Part shown: in pieces, positions 60,035 through 64,000 of the stretch | Numbering within the stretch: position 1 is the stretch's first letter | Layout of the letters: every line of letters begins with the position of its first letter | NCBI RefSeq assembly: GCF_018977255.1 | Contig: NW_024704743.1 | Coordinates: 10,418,001-10,482,000, forward strand | Origin: Callorhinchus milii | Lineage: Eukaryota | DNA length: 64,000 nucleotides | Reading direction: 5' to 3' | Program-made: the position numbers and the translations under genes | The notes under the pieces: generated by a model | What the model saw: the letters and a program-made list of their open reading frames with translations, nothing else | Told to the model about the DNA's origin: nothing | The model's database searches: none

Positions 60035-60680
60035 ACATTCCCCATCCTCTCTGCCTTGAGCTGTTCAGCTTTCCCCCATCTCTGCAATATTGCCCACCTC
60101 CGGGATCACCTCTCCCCTCGGGGCACGAGCCCCTTATTCATGGATTTATCCTGTCCAGGCTTGCCTATGCTAACTATCTGCTCGCCGTACTTCCCAACTC
60201 TTCCATCCATAAACTACAAACCATTCAGAATACTGCAAGTCATATCCTCTCATGCATCAGGCTCCACAAACCTATCACCCTCATCCTTGCCTGACTCCAT
60301 TGGCTCCCCATCGCCCAGGGATCCTCATCAACACTGTTAAAGCCCCACAGTCCTGCCCTGCCTCTGTGACATTCTAAAATGTTACTAAGCTGTTCGCCCC
60401 CTCCACTCAGCAGGTACTGCTTCACATCTTTCACCCACCCAACCCCACCATCGGCAGTTGGACCTTCAGCCTTTCTGCTTCCCCTTCCTGGAACTCCCTT
60501 CTCTCTCCTCCATCAAGGCCCATCTCAAGATCTTTCTTTTTGATTACACCTTTGGTTATCTTCTCTACCCTCTTTGGCCCCAACCCCTCTTGAATTCTAC
60601 CCCCAGCTCGGGTACAAATCCTGAACTGTCCTGCGCCTTGGGACACCGTCCCGACGCTATGTAAATCAAAGTTGTTGTTT
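60035..60680 (+). mobile_element. Old L2 family A 3' fragment
   Basis: LIHGFILSRLAYANYLLAVLPNSSIHKLQTIQN; tail gcgccttgggacacc..aaagttgttgtt. Confidence 0.88.
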
Positions 60681-61364
60681 TAGCATGTTGGTCCCATGAA
60701 ATGTTGTTCATAAGGTTTGCACCCAGAAACCAGCTGTGCCACAGATTTGACTTCCAGCCAGCAGTTTATGGTGGGGCGCGGGGGATGGTTTAAGAGATGA
60801 GGGTGTATGGTGCATGGATGAGGGAAAACTACAACATCCTTTCTAAAGTGTGGTGCTCAGAATTGGACACAATACTTCAGACCTAAGGCTTAACAAGCAT
60901 TGCTACATGCACTGGATGTTCTTATTCTCATTAGGATTTGAAGTCTCTTGTTCTGTACATTGTTCTGCTCACTGAGATTGGGATTCGGGAAGTGAATAGG
61001 CAACTGTTCAGCACAGATCTGAATGGTCCTAACCCCAAAACAACCAGATGGAATACATTTAAGGAACTATCTTTGTCTGCTTCATAAAGAAGTGAGAACC
61101 ATTTGCAGTATCTCTAGTAGGAGCTTTTGAAATCACCAACTCCCTGAGGCCCATGAAGTGGCTGGAAAAGGGTGGCTAAATGGATAACAGCATGAAGAGA
61201 CTGGAATACATGCTGGTGGCAGAATAATAAATGAATAACCAACATGCACTAGTAAGACATAATATAGAATGTGTGTGAATAGCAGCAGTCAACAGAAACC
61301 AGAGACTTCAAATCCTAATGAGAATGAGAACATCCAGTGCATGTAGCAATGCTTGTTAGGCCTT

Positions 61365-61898
61365 AGGCCTGAAGTATTGTGTCCAATTCTGAGCACCACA
61401 CTTTAGAAAGGATGTCAGGGCCTTGGAGAGGGGATTGACAAGAATGGTACCAGAAATGAGGCACTTCAATTATGTGGTAAAGCTAGAAAGGCTGGGATTG
61501 TTCTCCTTAGAGCAGAGAAGGTTGAAGGGAGATTCAAAATCATGAGGGGGTTTCATAGAATAGATAGGGAGAAACTGTTTCCTCTGGCAGGTGAGTCGGT
61601 AATCAGAGGATATAAGATAATTGGCAAAAGAATCAGAGGGGAGACGAGGAGAATCTTTTTATCCAGAGAGTTGTTACGATCTGGAATGCACTGCCTGAAA
61701 GGGCAGTAGAAGAGGATTCAATAGTAGCTTTCAAAAGGGAATTGAAAGGAAAAAACTTGAAAAGGAAAAAAATGTGCAGGGCTATGGAGTAAGAGCGGAA
61801 TGGGTCTGATTGGGTAGCTCTTTCTAATCGCCGCATAGTCATAATGGGCTGAATGGCCTCCTTCTGTGCTGTAAGATACTATGATACTATGATTCTAT
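61365..61898 (+). mobile_element. CR1 3' fragment
   Basis: gaagtattgtgtccaattctgagcaccacactttagaaagg; ttctccttagagcagagaagg; (atactatg/attctat)n tail. Confidence 0.92.
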
Positions 61899-62289
61899 TA
61901 ATGCAATTTCTATTTGGGTATTTATATGTTGGCTCAAACTACCAGTACTGAATTCACACATGAAATACAGTCTCTACACTTTACCTAAATCCTGTGAAGT
62001 ACCTTGAGTGGGAGAAACTCTGTAAGCCTGGCTCAGTTGGTAACACTTTCATCTCTGATGGTCTAAATGCCTCAAAGCCTCTGCTCTTTGGAACTCCAAC
62101 CTGGAGTCCCTCCGACTTGCTCCCTCCCTCACCTTGTTCAACTTCCATTTCAAGACATATCTCTTTGACCACGTGTAATTTAGTGATTGTGTATTTTGTA
62201 CGTAAACGCAGCAGCTAATTTGCACACAGTAAATTTCCCACAAACGTCCATGAAATGACAAAAGTTGGATGAATGATCAAGATATTCAC

Positions 62290-62650
62290 TCAAGATTGTG
62301 GATTCGAGACTTCAGTATAGTACTGAAGGATTGCTGCATTTATGGAGGCTTGGTCCTTATATGAAGTATTAAACTGAGCCTTAGTTTGTTGGTTCAAGTG
62401 AACGTTTAAACGATTTCAAAGAACTTCAAGGATTCCTCTCAATATCCAATATTCTTATTGTCCTTATCCAAATACTTCAAAGGGAAAACTGGTTAAATTC
62501 TTTTCATTAGAGTTTGTGAATGTTTGCTGGTATGGATTAGCTGCTGCATTCACCTATATAACAGAAGTCACCATATTTCAAAGTATCTCATTTTGTGAAG
62601 TGCTTTTGAGATACTTTGAGGGGATATTAGGTCTCTGTCAAATGCAAGTG
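62290..62650 (+). mobile_element. Very old Deu-type SINE
   Basis: cagtatagtactgaaggattgctgcatt..ttaaactgag..gctgctgcattcacctatataacag..gtgaagtgcttttgaga..aaatgcaag. Confidence 0.65.
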
Positions 62651-63749
62651 AAATATAAGAAATGCTGCACCAGAATTGCTATTCCAGTGCTCTTAATTGT
62701 TGTCATGGAGACACTGCCCTAAGCAAATGCTCCATTCCATTCTCTCTTCTTGATGGCGTTATATTATTTCACCATTCAGAAGGCTCTTTGTATAACTATA
62801 GTATAACAACGATAGCTCTGATCTTATCAAACTGATAAAGAAACAAGTCTCACAAGTCCAAAACTCAACTTTGTGTGGCCTCACAGATCAGTTCAGCAGT
62901 TCAGGACTGACTCACTGTCTTTAGCATCCAAAATAGATTAGCCTAGGGCTCACTATGACTCTCACAGCAGGGGCAATCTCAGTTCTAAGCCATGGCATTC
63001 AAGTGGCACAGGAATTTTACAAAGAATTGAAACAGAGAGCGACCATATTGCTTTAATAAGCCTGTCTTTTATTTCATATCCATAAAGAAAAGGCAGAGCA
63101 CAATAGGCAACTCCCGCCTACAGGCTTGACATCAGCAACTTAGCAGTAGGCGTAGTAAAGAAAGGGTAAGGTCGGCACCCTAATGTGGAGAGGACATGCT
63201 TGAAATAAAACTAGTGGAGAATGTGCTGCTGGAATGCAACCATTATATATTTAAATCAAATATACAAACAAACAAAGACATGGCTTCATAATCAGCCCTT
63301 TGTCCCTCAAATTAATTTGAATACCTTTCCGACTGTTTAACTTAAAAAAACGAATATTTTGGCAAAATTGTGAGCGCTGATGTCATCACTGAAATACTAG
63401 CATGGAAACTTTACTGGGCGTGACAGTGTGACGGGACTGAATTAACACACACAATTATAAAGAGTAGACATGGAAGCAGGCTGTGCAGATGACTGTGTCT
63501 ATTGATGCTAATGTGATTAATATGGACTTCAACCAAACTCACTTCCTCATCCATTCCGTTTTGAATTAGCACATCATTTTTTTCTAACAGGACTGGTTAC
63601 CTCAGTCCATTGTCTCCTATGGCTACTGATCCCAATTGATTGCATAAAAACAGTTAAAAACTGTTAATAGTTTATTTGAAAACTGAACATTTAATTAAAT
63701 ATATATAATATACACTCACGCACAAGGACAGATTCTGCATTGAAAGGGT

Positions 63750-63930
63750 CAGCTATCCAGCGCATAACAAAACCAACAAGCAAGAGTTCACTGGTCTGGA
63801 TCTTGGGCTGTGCTGAATCAGCTAATCTCAGCTATGGAAGCTGTTTGGGTGCTACAATTGGCCCCAGCACTCCAGGAAGGAGAAAATCAACCAAGTTTCG
63901 TGGTCCTGAGCGCTATCCAGGACCTCCAGG
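63750..63930 (+). repeat. Old interspersed repeat (SINE-like), second copy inverted at about 47915-47970
   Basis: ggctgtgctgaatcagctaatctcagc versus the reverse complement of aatcagctaacacagcaccgactggga. Confidence 0.4.
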
Positions 63931-64000
63931 GTGCTCCATCAGTTCTGGATCACTTGCGATCCCTCATGGCTGCCAGAACATGTTCTACCAAGTCTCATGA

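Overview
Vertebrate, repeat-rich, apparently non-coding DNA: a gene desert or a very large intron. I could not support any host protein-coding exon, and all long ORFs are retrotransposon-derived. The repeat inventory points to a cartilaginous fish, most plausibly a holocephalan such as the elephant shark (inference from my recollection of the repeat families, not a database hit). It comprises CR1 LINEs, including one with a zinc-finger/leucine-zipper plus esterase ORF1; two L2 LINE families with (TTG)n tails; and at least three generations of tRNA-headed, Deu-type SINEs with L2-like 3' tails, all frequently nested. Two L2 copies (11537-13508 minus, 33148-34260 plus) are young and near-identical, with target-site duplications. 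Less expected observations: several templated inverted copies and fold-back fillers at CR1 junctions (50919/51834, 60834/61292, 1023, 59095, 636); an R4/Dong-like RLE retrotransposon tail inside a (TAA)n tract; an RT fragment that is neither CR1 nor L2 (55.4-55.9 kb); Harbinger- and Tigger-like MITEs; an unclassified three-copy repeat; a perfect 38-bp palindrome; three strong CTCF-like motifs; and TE-free islands that may be conserved enhancers. I cannot claim a new multi-gene system. The best candidate for something under-described is the recurrent templated-capture signature at CR1 junctions, together with the L2/SINE tail-sharing and tail-targeting pattern. Boundaries of old repeats are approximate (about +/-20 bp).
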